From assembly GCF_001194135.2 (NCBI RefSeq), contig NC_068990.1:86997688-87061546 (forward strand): a DNA stretch of 63,859 bases, written 5' to 3'. Shown here piece after piece: positions 13,072 to 26,085 of this stretch. Position 1 is the stretch's first letter; each line of letters starts with the position of its first letter. The notes under the pieces were generated by a model, which worked only from the letters and a program-made list of their open reading frames with translations, had not been told where the DNA came from and searched no databases. The translations under genes were made by a program, and so were the position numbers. Source of the stretch: Octopus bimaculoides (Eukaryota).

Positions 13072-13222
13072 GACCGGCTTCTGTCTACCAATTCCTTTCA
13101 CGAGGTATCCGCTGATCTATGCTGTTCAGCAAGACACTTGCCCACAGTGTCGTGCAGTGGAACTGAACTCTAAACCACGACGTCATTAAACAAGTCTCTT
13201 AACCACTCAGCCTTACTTGCAT
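13068..13222 (-). mobile_element. Degenerate SINE A 5' part
   Basis: caagacacttgcccacagtgtcgtgcagtggaactgaactc aligns to 82-125 of this window. Confidence 0.55.
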
Positions 13223-13369
13223 ATCTAAAAAATTTTCTACAACTTTTTAAAATATATATGTGGTGAGGTGAGAGAGGCGACAGAGGTGACGGGAACAATA
13301 AATAAATGCATAAGCAGAGAGATACATAGCTCGATGGAAACGAAATCCGATGTATAAAACATTGATCTG

Positions 13370-13560
13370 TTACACGATCCAGTCAAATCTGTTATATAGT
13401 TCTTCCATTACCCTATCGTTTATAGTATATCAAATTCTGTAGGAGTGCATCCCACATAAATCCGTGTTTGATTCTGTTTCACTGTACAATACTGCATCAT
13501 GTTGCAAAATTTGGCATCATCTTCCAATGCACTACACAATATATTGGTTCCTTTCGTCTA
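13370..13560 (-). mobile_element. Decayed Penelope-like GIY-YIG endonuclease fragment
   Basis: Minus strand reads CNMMQYCTVKQNQTRIYVGCTPTEF..WKNYITDL, resembling PLE C.L.G.C...N..Y.CTV......YIG.T...FK.R..NH...F. Confidence 0.45.
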
Positions 13561-13859
13561 CTTGTAAGTCATCTCTCTGATTTATAACCAAAGTAATAAA
13601 ACATAAAGCACAAAAAAAATGTTGTGACGTATATGGACATTTTCCCAAAGCATAACTGAAGCGATATGGTTTCTTCCGGGAAGTGAACCTCCGGTACTCG
13701 ACACGAGTCGTCTGGGCCTCGCGAACTTTTCATGGTTCACAAGAACATAAGTATTGATTTTTTAACGTAGTCAAACAGTTTTGGGGACGGCATATTCCGT
13801 AAATTTGATCCCAGTTGTATATTTCCCCTCTTTTACACACACATATTTCTATCCTTTGT

Positions 13860-13897
13860 GTGTGTATATATATATATCTGTGTATGTGTTATATATT

Positions 13898-13930
<33 letters not shown>

Positions 13931-14135
13931 ATTTATATATATATATATATATATGTATATCTATATAATTATATATATATATAAATATGTACAAGTATAC
14001 ATGTATATATATGTATACTTGTACATATTTTTATATATATATAATTATATAGATATACATATATACTTATATACATGTACATATATATATATTTATGTAT
14101 ATATATATATATGTATATGTATACATATATTTATG

Positions 14136-14205
<70 letters not shown>
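13860..14205. repeat. (TA)n/(TG)n degenerate dinucleotide tract
   Basis: Directly visible. Confidence 0.95.
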
Positions 14206-14206
<1 letters not shown>

Positions 14207-14254
14207 AACGGATATTTCAATAATGATGTTTCTTCATGTTTTTGTGTTCCCTAA

Positions 14255-14592
14255 GTGAAGGCGCATGTCTTAGTGGTTACGTTATTCGGTTCACTATCGT
14301 AAAGTCGTGAGTTCGATTCCCGACGATGCGTTGAATCCTTGGGCACGACGCTTTTTTTTTTTTCACGTTGCTTCACTCCACTCCATTCCACTCAACAGCC
14401 ATAAGTGAGCTGTACCTGTAATTCCAAGTGCCAGCCTTGTCACAATCTATGTTACGATGAAGCTCTCTCGGCACTACGTTTAGGATTACGCGTGTCTGTG
14501 GAGTGCTCAGCCATTTGCACGTTAGTTTCTCGATCGCCTTGTTCCATTCATCGGGTCGACTGGAACACTCCTCGTCGTAACCGACGAAGAAT
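14255..14592 (+). mobile_element. tRNA-derived SINE with a C-type head and a D-type tail
   Basis: Head gaaggcgcatg.c..agtggtt...gagttcgattccc (as at 34291). Tail gtgtctgtggagtgctcagcca..ctcgtcgtaaccgacg (as at 23042). Confidence 0.75.
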
Positions 14593-15262
14593 CTTCTCAC
14601 ATTCCGTTATGTGCACATGCGTATATGTTGCGTGTCTCTGTGTTCTGTTTTGTATGAGTGTGTGTTATGTTGTGTTGTGTTGCGTGTGTTTTGGTGTGTG
14701 TGTGTGTGTGTGTGAGAGCAACCGTATGTATGTGTGAGGGTGCGTACGTATGTGTGCGTATGTGTGTGTGCATCTGTGTGTGCGCGTGGGGGTGTTTTGT
14801 GTGAGTATACTCTTTTNNNNNNNNNNNNNNNNNNNNNNNNNNNNNNNNNNNNNNNNNNNNNNNNNNNNNNNNNNNNNNNNNNNNNNNNNNNNNNNNNNNN
14901 NNNNNNNNNNNNNNNNNNNNNNNNNNNNNNNNNNNNNNNNNNNNNNNNNNNNNNNNNNNNNNNNNNNNNNNNNNNNNNNNNNNNNNNNNNNNNNNNNNNN
15001 NNNNNNNNNNNNNNNNNNNNNNNNNNNNNNNNNNNNNNNNNNNNNNNNNNNNNNNNNNNNNNNNNNNNNNNNNNNNNNNNNNNNNNNNNNNNNNNNNNNN
15101 NNNNNNNNNNNNNNNNNNNNNNNNNNNNNNNNNNNNNNNNNNNNNNNNNNNNNNNNNNNNNNNNNNNNNNNNNNNNNNNNNNNNNNNNNNNNNNNNNNNN
15201 NNNNNNNNNNNNNNNNNNNNNNNNNNNNNNNNNNNNNNNNNNNNNNNNNNNNNNNNNNNNNN

Positions 15263-15296
<34 letters not shown>

Positions 15297-15699
15297 TGTG
15301 TATGTACATGCGTGTGTGTATGTGTATATATACTAGTATGCCTATATAAATGTATATATATACCTAAATATATATGTTCATATAAATTTGTGTGTCTCTT
15401 CTCTCTCCCTCTCTCTCTCTATATATATATGTGTGTGTGTGTGTCTTTGTATGTATATATATCTATATACTTATACATACATGCATATATCAATGTTTGC
15501 TTTTCTGTTACATAAAGACAATTTAACATTAAACTGAAGAATTAATATTCTTTTTATAAAGTACACCCTTACTATATTTTTACAAGAAGCGGAATAACAG
15601 TAACTTCGAAGTTTCGGCCAGTGATCAAGCTTTGATCCTGTTTATTAATGGTTTTTCATATTGTTTTCATATTTCTTTATTATTCTGTTATCTTTCTTT

Positions 15700-16300
15700 T
15701 GGAAATTAATGGTTTTAAATTGAATTATTCTCGACCTTTGAAGATATTCCTGGCCTCACCATCAGAATGAAATGATTGTTATAACTGTGTGCTGTTAACG
15801 GTTTTTCTGCATATCACAAAGGATTATAGGAGTACTGCTATAACTGATAAAATCTCTACGATATAAAACTCATAGAACGGCAAAGATGTGACGGGATCCA
15901 GATTTATTTATTATGTGTGTTATATCTATATATTAAGTCTTGGTTTGCTGTTCGCAAGTTAAGCTTCCCTAATTAGTCTTCAAATGTTGCTTTTGATATG
16001 GAATCGTATACAGCATTGTAGAGTTGACAACTGTCTTTCTATGTAATTATATTTTATGTCCTGTATAAAGGATTTCAATGGCTCTTTGATGTATGTGCAT
16101 GGTCAACCAACGAGAAAGCGTCGTAATTGTGTGCCCAATTTTCACACTGAAGTTCCCTATTTACGTCGCAATTTATATATTTCATTGGTTATTTGAAATA
16201 TCTTCTGCGATTTACACGTTAATGGATTTACACTCAGAGGAAGGTTATCACTTTGGTGTTTTTTATAACATACCCGAGCTATGTGTTCGATTTTAGGTGT
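15700..16300 (-). mobile_element. Decayed Penelope-like element: GIY-YIG C-terminus plus 3' terminal repeat region
   Basis: Minus strand reads LTCKSQKIFQIT..IYKL..*GTSV*KLGTQLRR...YIKEP, then RLIREA*LANSKPRLNI* (typical PLE end, stop near 15926). A decayed hammerhead-like CTGATG..GAGGCC..GGTC GAGAA follows at 15728-15770. Confidence 0.5.
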
Positions 16301-16415
16301 GAATGCGGATGTATTATCTTTCACGTTTTTCTTTTTTTTTTCCAATAACATATTCTTCCATTCTTTAACCAGAGACATTTCGTTCTTGCAGTATACAATG
16401 TATGTTGATTATGTA

Positions 16416-16527
16416 CTTGCACAAGGCCTGCAATTTTGGGGTAGGGGACTAGTCGATTACATCGACCCCAGTGCTCCACTGGTACTTATTTTATGCACCC
16501 CGAAAGAATTAAAAGCACAAGTCGCCT
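16416..16527 (-). mobile_element. SINE B 3' part
   Basis: cacaaggcctg.aatttt.ggg.agggg.ctagtcgattacatcgaccccagtg. Confidence 0.8.
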
Positions 16528-17877
16528 TATTGATAATAATAAACAGTTCGCCGCCTTATTGATAATAATAAAAATGTTACCTAACTTAAGCAGATGATGT
16601 GAAATATAGAGGATTGGAGATTAACTGATTACACTGACTGCACTACTTCATTCGTACTTTGTTTTAGCAACAGAGCAAAAGAACAAAAGTCAGAGCGGAA
16701 TTTCAACTGTTAGCATAAAAAACGGGAATATATACGGAAATCTTTTTTGAATGATTCTCTGTCGATACTGCCAATTTAAAGCAATGTTTGTCGCATAGGC
16801 CATCGGTCTGAAATTTGGGGAAGTGTATTTGTCAATGACATCGACTCGAGGACTTGACTGGTACCTTAGTATTAACTATGTAAATCTCTGCTCTCTTCTT
16901 TTAATTTCATACCGGGAAACTTTTTTGCGAAGGACTTTTGTCCGAAACGTTGGATTTTCACTCCGCACAGCAAGTTCACTGCACTCATTTTGTCAATTTT
17001 ACATATGTCTACATATATAACTATATGTGTGTGTGTGTGTGTGTGTGCATGTGTGTGTATGTATGTGTGTGTATTCAGAAGTCAAACACGTATAGTAATA
17101 ATCAAGTATATATTCATATATGTATTATGCATAAATGAATGGTAAATGGTAACAGAGGTGACCTCAGCGAAATTTGAACGCAAAACGCAGAGATACGGAA
17201 TGAATACCGAAAGCATCCGATCCAACGATCAGCTAATGGTCTCCGCTAATCAAGTGTCTTGTAGTTTTGGATGGTTGGTTAGGAACATTGTTTAGAAATT
17301 ACATCTTTTATGGTTCAATTAACTGCGTAATATGTTGGACTTGTGCATTCTACCGTAACGCTGGGTCAGCCAAAGTATGGTGAATTGAATTTGACAGACG
17401 CACACGGTATGCATGTCCGCTGAAGGAATTGTTTGTGTTGTTGCAAAATAGACTTAATATGTCACCCTGTTTAACACCGCCACCAACTCCCCTTTGTGCT
17501 TTAATGGATTCTATTGTCTTACAAATATTCAGGTCAGATCTCAAATTTGAGGATAATTTCCCATCACCCTGCCCCCAAATAACTCATAAAAACATAGCAA
17601 ATCATTCAGACACTCGTTGTTGTTCATTTTGCTCTATTGATCCTCAATGCCACGCATTCGGTCGTGCTGACATTAATACTGTGATCAATCATAAAGATGA
17701 ATCTGTCTGCTTTACCAACAATGGTGAAAGATTAGTCTCTGTATAAGCAAGCGATCGATCAGCAATGGCCCTTCTTGTTCTTGTTATTATTAGCATTGTG
17801 ATATTTTAAATTTTACTATAATCACTTTACAATTGTTTTATTTATTGCTTAGATAATTTTAAAAAAAAAGAATGCAT

Positions 17878-17897
17878 ATCATTATTATTATTATTAT

Positions 17898-17953
<56 letters not shown>

Positions 17954-18200
17954 CATCATTGTCGTCATTGTCATCATCATCATCATCATTATTATTAGTA
18001 GTATTATTATTGTTATTATTGTTATTCATAATCGATTCTGCGTAAACGTCCACCTTTTTTTTTATTCTTTCTATGTTTCCTCCTTACTACCCTCTTCATT
18101 CTTCGTCTTTTCTAATATACAGAGCAAAAAATAACTCTCATTATCATTATTATTATCATTATTATCATTATTATCATTATTATAATTATTATTATTATTA

Positions 18201-18254
<54 letters not shown>

Positions 18255-18255
18255 G
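17878..18255. repeat. Two compound trinucleotide tracts (ATT/AGT/CAT and ATT/ATC)
   Basis: Directly visible. Confidence 0.95.
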
Positions 18256-18261
18256 TTAAGA

Positions 18262-18435
18262 AATGACGGTGGATTAAGAGAATCTCCGGGGTGTCTTGCG
18301 GCATTTATTCCGGCTTCTCTTTACGCCTTGGGTTCAAATTCCTTCTGAAGTGACTTTTGCCTTTCGTCCAGCTGGATCAACATAAAACAGGGCACCAACC
18401 AAAATTCATGACCCTGTGCCTATGTTAGAAGGGAT
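18262..18435 (+). mobile_element. Degenerate SINE B, the only clear + strand copy
   Basis: gggttcaaattcc...tttgcctttcgtcc...accctgtgcctatgttagaagggattatt. Confidence 0.55.
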
Positions 18436-18535
18436 TATTATTATTATCTTTGTTGTTGTTGTGGTGGTGGTGATGCTGCTGCTTCTGCTGCTGCTGCTGT
18501 TGCTGTTGATGCTTTGATTAGTACTACTGCAACTT

Positions 18536-18566
<31 letters not shown>

Positions 18567-18660
18567 GAGTAGTAGTAGTAGTGGTGGTGGTGGTGGTGGT
18601 GGTGGTCGTCGTCGTCGTCGTCGTGGTACTAGTAGTAATAGTAGTAGTAGTAGTAGTACG
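18435..18660. repeat. Compound (ATT)(GTT)(GCT)(AGT)(GGT)(CGT) microsatellite
   Basis: Directly visible. Confidence 0.93.
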
Positions 18661-21299
18661 CATTGGCATATGAGTGATCGATAATTCGAATCAATCGGTG
18701 GCCAAATTTGTTTATCATCCACCCCAGCCGTCCATTCGACACTCATCATCCATCCATCCCTCCATCCATCCATCTATTTATACATTCCACCATTTCTCCG
18801 CTCTTCTCTCAATACAGAGATGGCCCACCCACCACCACCCACCCGCTTTTTCCTCCCTCTATGCATCGGTAAAAACGAAATATAGTTAACAATAACCATT
18901 GAGTATCGATTTGCAACGGAAGTGGGTTTATTCGCAAAACAGCTTGGTTTTTTTGGGGGTTTTTTTTAACTGCATCTGAATACATAAACAAGTATTTGAG
19001 ATCATATGATATTATATTAACCATCATATCATATGGCATTGTATTATGGATTGTGTGATTTTTCTGTACTGGGGATAATGGGATTTTATCGTATTAAGGA
19101 TCTCCTCTCATGATATTATATTAAGGATCATTCGATATTATTGTATTAAGGATCGTATCTTATAAATAATATCGTATCACACATCACGTGATATTCATCA
19201 GTTCAGAAACACTTTTGATTACATTAAGCATTTGTAATGTGCAGACGATAGTGGTGATGGAAGTGATGGTGATAATGGTTGTGATTGTAGAGGTGCTAAT
19301 GGCGGTGATGGTGGTGATGGTGGGGAACGTGGTGATGGTGACAATGACGGGATGTTAGTGGTGGCCATGTTGGTGGTTTTAAGTTCGTGAGTCTCCTGTT
19401 TTTCATGTATTCGTTGTTTAGCAACAGCTCAGACTTGATCGAGCGAACCTGTGGAACAAACTCATTCCGACCTTGAAAAATTTTCCTTTTTCTGCTTTCC
19501 TTTGTGCATTGAACCTAAATACATACCGTCCAATGGGTTTCATTTGAGGAACGTGTAACTGCTGCTATTTCTAACAGAACGAGTGGCCGTGTAGAGACTT
19601 CGTTGTTGATCGTTCTTGTTAGTAGTTATGGTGATGGTCGGCTGGAAATGGAAAGAAAATAGAAGTAGCTGCGGTGTGTAGGTGTTGATGGTAGCTGTGG
19701 TGGTGGTGTTGGTGGAAGTGAATCGGCGGCGGCGGCGATGGTGAAGGGGTAGCGATGGTGGAAGGTTAGAGTTAGAGGTGGAGGTTGCGTTGGTGCTGGA
19801 ACAATTGTTAAAACTGTCAATGGCAGCGGTAGTTATCAGATAGTAGTGGTGACAACACGGATTTCGGTAATGGTAGTGGTAATAGTAGTAGTGGTTGTGG
19901 TAAGGGTGGTGAGGAGGAGCAGGAGGAGGAGCAGGAGGAGGAAGGGGACGGGGGAGAGGGTGGGGGAAGGAGGAGGTAATTTGGAGTAGGAAAATGACGA
20001 TAATAATATCGACCCCGAAGATGGAAACGATGACGGTTATGATGACGACAATGACGATGATGATGGTGATAGTGATGATGACTATGATGATTGATGAATG
20101 ATGACGGTGATAGTAATGATTATGGTGATGGTTGTAGATTTTTGCAATTATTTCGAGAGATTTTACTCCTGAGATGTATCTACCACATCCATCATTTCCA
20201 GCGAAAGATTACAATCAAGCAAAAAAAAAAAAAATAGAAAAAGAACAGAAGAAACGCATCAAGAATAAAAATAATATTTGTAAAATAAACAAATAATCAT
20301 ACGAAATTGTAAGAAGGAGAAGAAAAAGAAGAAGAACACAAACAACAAAAACAACAGCAGCAACAACAACAAGAGTAAGGATTTATTTTTTGTGTGAGAA
20401 CACATCAAATTTCAATTTGACGCAAATTCCTGGAATTACACTCCACCACACTCCACAACCACACACATATATTTCACTGAAAAATCTAATGCTTAGTCTA
20501 AATATATAAGAACTACAGTGAGTTAGCTCTAGAGAGCGAGCAAACATGGTTTCCTTGCTGTGTGTCTTGCTGTGTATGTTATGCAAGCGACAGTGAAAAA
20601 TGGAGTGTCACAGTTGTGCGTGTGTGTGTTTTGTGCTTTTATTGTTAAAACTTATTTTGCATTCTTATTTCTGCTAATATGGAGAAAGATCCAATGTGCA
20701 TATATATTTTTTTTTTCTGTAGTTTCAGCTCAGAGCTGCGGCCATGGTGATGCACCTCCGTATGTATGTACGTGTGCGTCAATGTGTGCATTTCTGCGTG
20801 TGTATACAAGTATAAAATATACATNNNNNNNNNNNNNNNNNNNNNNNNNNNNNNNNNNNNNNNNNNNNNNNNNNNNNNNNNNNNNNNNNNNNNNNNNNNN
20901 NNNNNNNNNNNNNNNNNNNNNNNNNNNNNNNNNNNNNNNNNNNNNNNNNNNNNNNNNNNNNNNNNNNNNNNNNNNNNNNNNNNNNNNNNNNNNTACAAGA
21001 CTTATACACTATTACTAACAGTGTTCTTATTCCACGACTGTAAGGTGTTTTACAAATTCGATTACGTAAAGTTCCCAGCTTTTGCACTCTTGTGTTAATG
21101 TATTTAACTTGTATGTTTTTCTTACAATGGAATGAAACCCGGGATGCATGGTCCATGCTCTTGGCGATCAATATGGAGATTTCTGAATCACACACACACT
21201 CACACATACACACACAGTCACACACACACACGGTCACACACACACACACACACACACAGTTACACACACACATATCAGAGGACGTAGACTTCTTGATTG

Positions 21300-22120
21300 T
21301 GCTTTCCTCAAGTGGAGAGGTGGGTCTGCTTTATTTGTTCTATACAGTTTCTGCTTAGGTTTCTTGCTTCTTCCCTTCTTCCTTTTTCCATTTTCCCACC
21401 TTTTCGATTGCTACACTTCTCAAGGCTGCAAGGCTGTGTGGTATGACTCAGCTTTTTCCTTCCTCGGCTTCTTTCTTGGTCGTTAGATTTCTGATTTTTT
21501 TTCTCTCCCTAAGAACAAGGCGAATCTTATACCCATCCTCCAAGCTGTGAAATTGGTGGGATTAGAAATGCTTTGGAAAACAAGCTTTTGGGGCCTCTTA
21601 CTGTCGTTGTGGCTGATTGAACTGCTGTTCACTACATCTCCTCTACTTTTCCAGGTCTTTAGACGGTAATCCCTCAAATGCTAACTGTACAGCATCTAAG
21701 CCTTCTGCCTTGTACCACAAATCCCTCAGCTTTTCCACCTACTCTTACGGCATTAAACAACGGTGGAATGGCCCTCTTTCGCCCATTAGGATTTGTACGT
21801 CGACTTGTGTATCATTTCTAGTTACCTTAGTACTCGCTACTTGTTCCTTGTTCCATATTTTTGACTACGAGAAACGGGTTAACATCGCTACTGATGTCTC
21901 TAATGCGTTGATTCGTGTATACAAGCTTGTGTGCAGATTGTGGCCGCACCAACTCTGCATATCGCCACGCTTCCTCTTTGGTCTTGAAAACCAGGCAAGC
22001 AAACAGTTTCATATGATGTCCTTTCTCGGTTGGTGGAAGCCACACCTTCCCACAGATCGGCCAAGAATTTCTTTAAACGTTTCCTCGAGTACAAATTGGA
22101 ATTTCTGTTTTGTTTGCTAG
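21300..22120 (-). pseudogene. Decayed coding remnant, probably a LINE ORF1 (gag-like)
   Basis: Complex sequence with broken minus-strand frames (QKFQFVLEETFKEILGRSVGR / KLFACLVFKTKEEAWRYAELVRP / VDVQILMGERGPFHRCLMP*E*VEKLRDLWYKAEG), several stops and frameshifts, and no splice signals. The ORF1 assignment is inference. Confidence 0.4.
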
Positions 22121-23041
22121 TCAAAAATAGCTTACTTTCTTCCTAATTTGCCTTCAGATAAAGATCTCAGAGAGAGAAGCAATTGTTTTTGACAAGCATT
22201 TGTGCTATGTCGTCCCTTTCCCAGATATTTGATTCTTCCTTATCGTTAGCAACACTAGAAAAACAGTCGTTGTTGTCGGTGGTGGTCGTGATGCTGTTTT
22301 CTCTATTATAAATTTGATTAACATTATATGCAACTTGCTATAAAAATCCGTTAAAAAATGAATTTGGTCGTGAAAATTGCATTTCTTTTTGTGTTATTTA
22401 AAAAAATACCTGTTGTATCGTGTTTACACGTTTTTCCTTTTTACCCGTTACTGAAATATTGGAGGCGGATCCTACCTTAGATGGCATGTTTTTAATGCCT
22501 TACGGCAAGAAATTTCTTTTAACGGTTTAAACTATTTTTTCTTTGTCTTTTTTCTATTTTCAAACAGGAAAAATTATACAAGAAATATTAACCTTATCTC
22601 TTTACGAAGAAAGTCTGCGTTAAAATGCCTTCAGTTTAGCATGTAATCCGGTGATTCTCCGCCCCCCATTTTCCATTCCCACCCCACCCCTTTTTTTTTT
22701 GAAAACCGAAGTGAATTACTGATTCAGCACTAATAATAATGATGATTCAAAAGACAAACCTTCCCTTATATTAGAGTAGGTTGAATAATGTTACATTTTT
22801 ACAAAAGGCACAATGCTCAGCGCCGTGACTGAGAAATTGCCAAAGGACGCTGTCAACATGAAACACAATACTCGAGTGATTTCTAAAATACTTAATGTAG
22901 CGAGAAAAACAAATTTGCTTAATTAAAATTATCTTTGCAGTGCTGTGAGGGAAAGAAAAGCTCAATGGCTAATGCTAATTAGTTCAAGTAAAATACAAAT
23001 GGATGACAACTCTAGTCTTTCAAACACTGTAATATTGGTGA

Positions 23042-23427
23042 GTGGAGGCGCAATGGCCCAGTGGTTAGGGCAGCGAACTCGCAGTCATAGGAACGCGGTT
23101 TCGATTCCCAGACCAGGCATTGTGAGTGCTTATTGAGCGAAAACACCTAAAGCTCTACGAGGCTCCGGCAACGGATGGTGACAGACCCTGCTGTACTCTT
23201 CCACCACAACTTTCTCTCACTCTATATTCCTGTTTCTGTTGTGCCTGCAATTCAAAGGGTCAGCCTTGTCACACTGTGTCACGCTGAATATCCCCGAGAA
23301 CTACGTTAAGGGTACACGTGTCTGTGGAGTGCTCAACCACTTGCACGTTAATCTCGCGAGTAGGTGGTTCCGTTGATCGGATCAACTGGAACCCTCCTCG
23401 TCGTAAGCGACGGAGTGCCAACAACAA
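23042..23427 (+). mobile_element. Full-length tRNA-derived SINE, family 'D'
   Basis: Head ggaggcgcaatggcccagtggttagggcag...ggtttcgattccc with a (CAA)n tail. A near-identical inverted copy lies at 56229-56621. Confidence 0.88.
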
Positions 23428-23792
23428 TATTGGTGAAAATTATAGAGACTGTAATATCTTGAAAATATATTACAATATATTTATTTCTAACCACGACAAA
23501 AACCTACATATTTTGGAGGATGAGGACAGCAGTCGATTAAATCGACATCATTATTCGACATCAGTATCTGACAGGTTCTTGCAGCAGGCATGAAGAATGA
23601 AAAGTCAAAGTTAATCTCAATGTGATGCAAACTGAGATATTTCGTTATATTAAAATCTCTTTTTTAAAATGTCAGCCATTGTTCACTTAAGATCGTTCTA
23701 CAAACTTTGTATTCATCGTTCGAGTTGCTGTCGTTCGTTACTGTTCTCTGCTCATTTTTTTTCTACTCTTATAATTCTATACTATGTCTATG

Positions 23793-24098
23793 ACTGGCAT
23801 TCCGTCGGTTACGACGACCAGTGTTTCAGTTGATCCGATCAATGGAACAACGTGATCACGAAATTAATATACAGGTGGCTGAGTGCTCCACTGGCAAGCG
23901 TATCATCCCGGTATTTTTCAAAGGCCTTCTGTGTCACATAGAATGTAACAAGACTGGCCCTTTTAATTACAGATGCAACTCATTTTTGCTAGCTGAGAGA
24001 GCTGGAGCAGCGCGGAATTAAGTGTCTTGCTCAAGGACACAATGCGCCGCCAGGAATCGAACTCACGACCTTACGATTGTGAGCTGAATACCCTAACC
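23793..24098 (-). mobile_element. SINE with a C-type head and a D-type tail
   Basis: The reverse complement has gtgagttcgattcctgg...gtgtccttgagcaagacac and ends gatcggatcaactg..gtcgtcgtaaccgacggaatgcc. Confidence 0.75.
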
Positions 24099-24789
24099 TT
24101 TGATCCATAGTATCCATAATTTACATCATCCACTTCTACTACCACCATACCACCATACCACCACCACCACCACCACCACCACCACCACCATCACCACCAC
24201 CAACACCACCACCACCACTATTACTGCTGCTGCTGCTGCTGCAGCTACTTTGACTCAACCATTTTTTTGAACGCCATCTTGAATCTCATCCGTTTCTCAT
24301 TGCGCACCAGTAGCACAGCTCCCACAGAACCAAGTCTACCAGAGACTTAGTGCCGTACATCGCCTCTAATCTGACACCGTCGAGAACCTTGCTGCAGCCA
24401 AGGGTAGTGTTGTTCTTGTTCTTGTTGTTTATTAATGGTGGCCGAGAAAGGAGAAAAGTTATTCTCAAACAAGAAATCTAAAAAAAAATTTTTGCAACGA
24501 AGTGAACTCTCCTAACGGAGCCCAACATCTAGATTATGAAGCTAAACCAAGCTACGAATCTAGACAGCCACTAACAGGCTTCAAAACAGTTTCCGTCCAC
24601 AAAATTTTATTCACAAAACGCGGCTGTTAGAAGAGACTCGATATACCATGCCGTAAGAACAAACCAGAAGTTATGTTGTTGCCAAGCTAATTTCTTCATC
24701 GCATCTTTGCTATTTTTTTTTTTTTGTAAGAATCTTCAAGCTAATTACCTTCTACCATCCAGAAGCGTGTCTCAACTCTTGGAGGAGAC

Positions 24790-25045
24790 AGTTTTACTGT
24801 AGAGCTCTGTAAGTATTTCCATAGCCATTGCTCTAATAAACTTTCCGGTCTAGTACTTTCTGTCAAGATCTTTAAATGCATCGTTCACTTCTCTTCCCAG
24901 GTGCAACGTTTCTCTGCCGAGCTTCCTTTTCGTCATAAGATCTTTTATTCTAATAGCTTCATCCCCGAACCACTGCTCTCAGGAACTCATTACCATTCTC
25001 TTATTTTCCTCTGGCCTATAATATACAATCCATTAAGCTTTCTGC
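24790..25045 (+). mobile_element. CR1/Jockey-group (Daphne-like) LINE, 3' end of ORF2
   Basis: Reads LCKYFHSHCSNKLSGLV..ELPFRHKIFYSNSFIP, then after a frameshift RTTALRNSLPFSYFPLAYNIQS. This matches FYKYF.G.CS.EL...Y..SF.PRT..LWNSLP. Confidence 0.75.
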
Positions 25046-25888
25046 CAATATATATCTTTTCTATTTGTTTTCCACGTCCTTTTACTTTTGTCGTACTTCT
25101 TTACAGCACTGTAGCCTCGAGCCTGGTTTAGCACAAAACCGTTATAAGAAATTATATTTCTGTCTGCTTTCATGTCCCAGATATTCCTTATTATCTCCAT
25201 ACTGTATTGTATTTTAATGACAGTTATTTTTATGAACATTTACACTTCAAAAAGCATTATACTAATTCAGTGTTCTTTGCTTCTCAGTTCTGGGTTGACT
25301 TCGTGCCATCTTCATTCCTACTCATTTTATATCTCCCCGTTCATTACCCCCGCGTGCACGTGTGTATGACCACGTCTGTATTTCCATATTTATATGCTGT
25401 CCAAATACTACTGCACCAAGAGTTTACACGAGTTTGCAATTCAGAACAACGTGAATAAAGCAATGAATACATTAAACCAGAAGTGAAATGTCGAACAGAT
25501 TTATCTACGTCAAACTATAGAGGACTATAAAACATTCTGCTCTCCTCTGACTATCAGTAAATCATAATATAACGTCTAAGATGATATTTGTTAAAGAATA
25601 CACGGAACTGCTATTATTAGTTGTAGAGTTGAAATAGTTTCTGTTCCACAGCGTATTACAAAGCATTTCAGTAACCATGGAGGTAAAATGTGATTTTATG
25701 ACAAAGCGTGGGATGGTCAGACAGACAGAAAATTGCTTTCCTTTTGTTGTTTGTTGTTTTGTACATATTATTTTGCATGTATCTCGTGTATGAGAGACTG
25801 TATCTATATTGATATGTGTATGAGCATATATTATGAATGTGTACGTGTATATATAAAGTACATATACACCTATATACATACACATATA

Positions 25889-26085
25889 CAGGGTGCGATG
25901 GGTAAATTATCGCCATTTAATATTTTAATTTAGCGCATGCGCATGGATTGCTTTTGATTTTATCGACTACATAGTATATATAGTAGGTTCAGTTGGGTAC
26001 CGTCCGTGAGAAAAACAGCATCATGACACAATTCAGTCTGCTAGAAATTTGGAAACGATATGCTGTACTACTTGGCATAGCCCTA
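25889..26085 (+). mobile_element. Tc1/mariner-type DNA transposon 5' fragment
   Basis: TA|CAGGGTG terminus followed by an ORF start MTQFSLLEIWKRYAVLLGI. No matching right end is seen. Confidence 0.55.

Noticed and set aside
16523-16575. Short exact tandem duplications (also 10838-10866, 33840-33880 and 34161-34290)
   Set aside because: Ordinary slippage duplications with no further structure.
17429-17746. 105-aa Cys-containing ORF
   Set aside because: It has a non-ATG start, no convincing splice sites and no recognisable motif.
20729-20759. Apparent 31-nt exon with a good acceptor and GTATGT donor
   Set aside because: It aligns to the reverse-complemented 3' end of SINE A (tttcag...ctgcggccatg..gcacc). 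Exonisation cannot be excluded but has no support.
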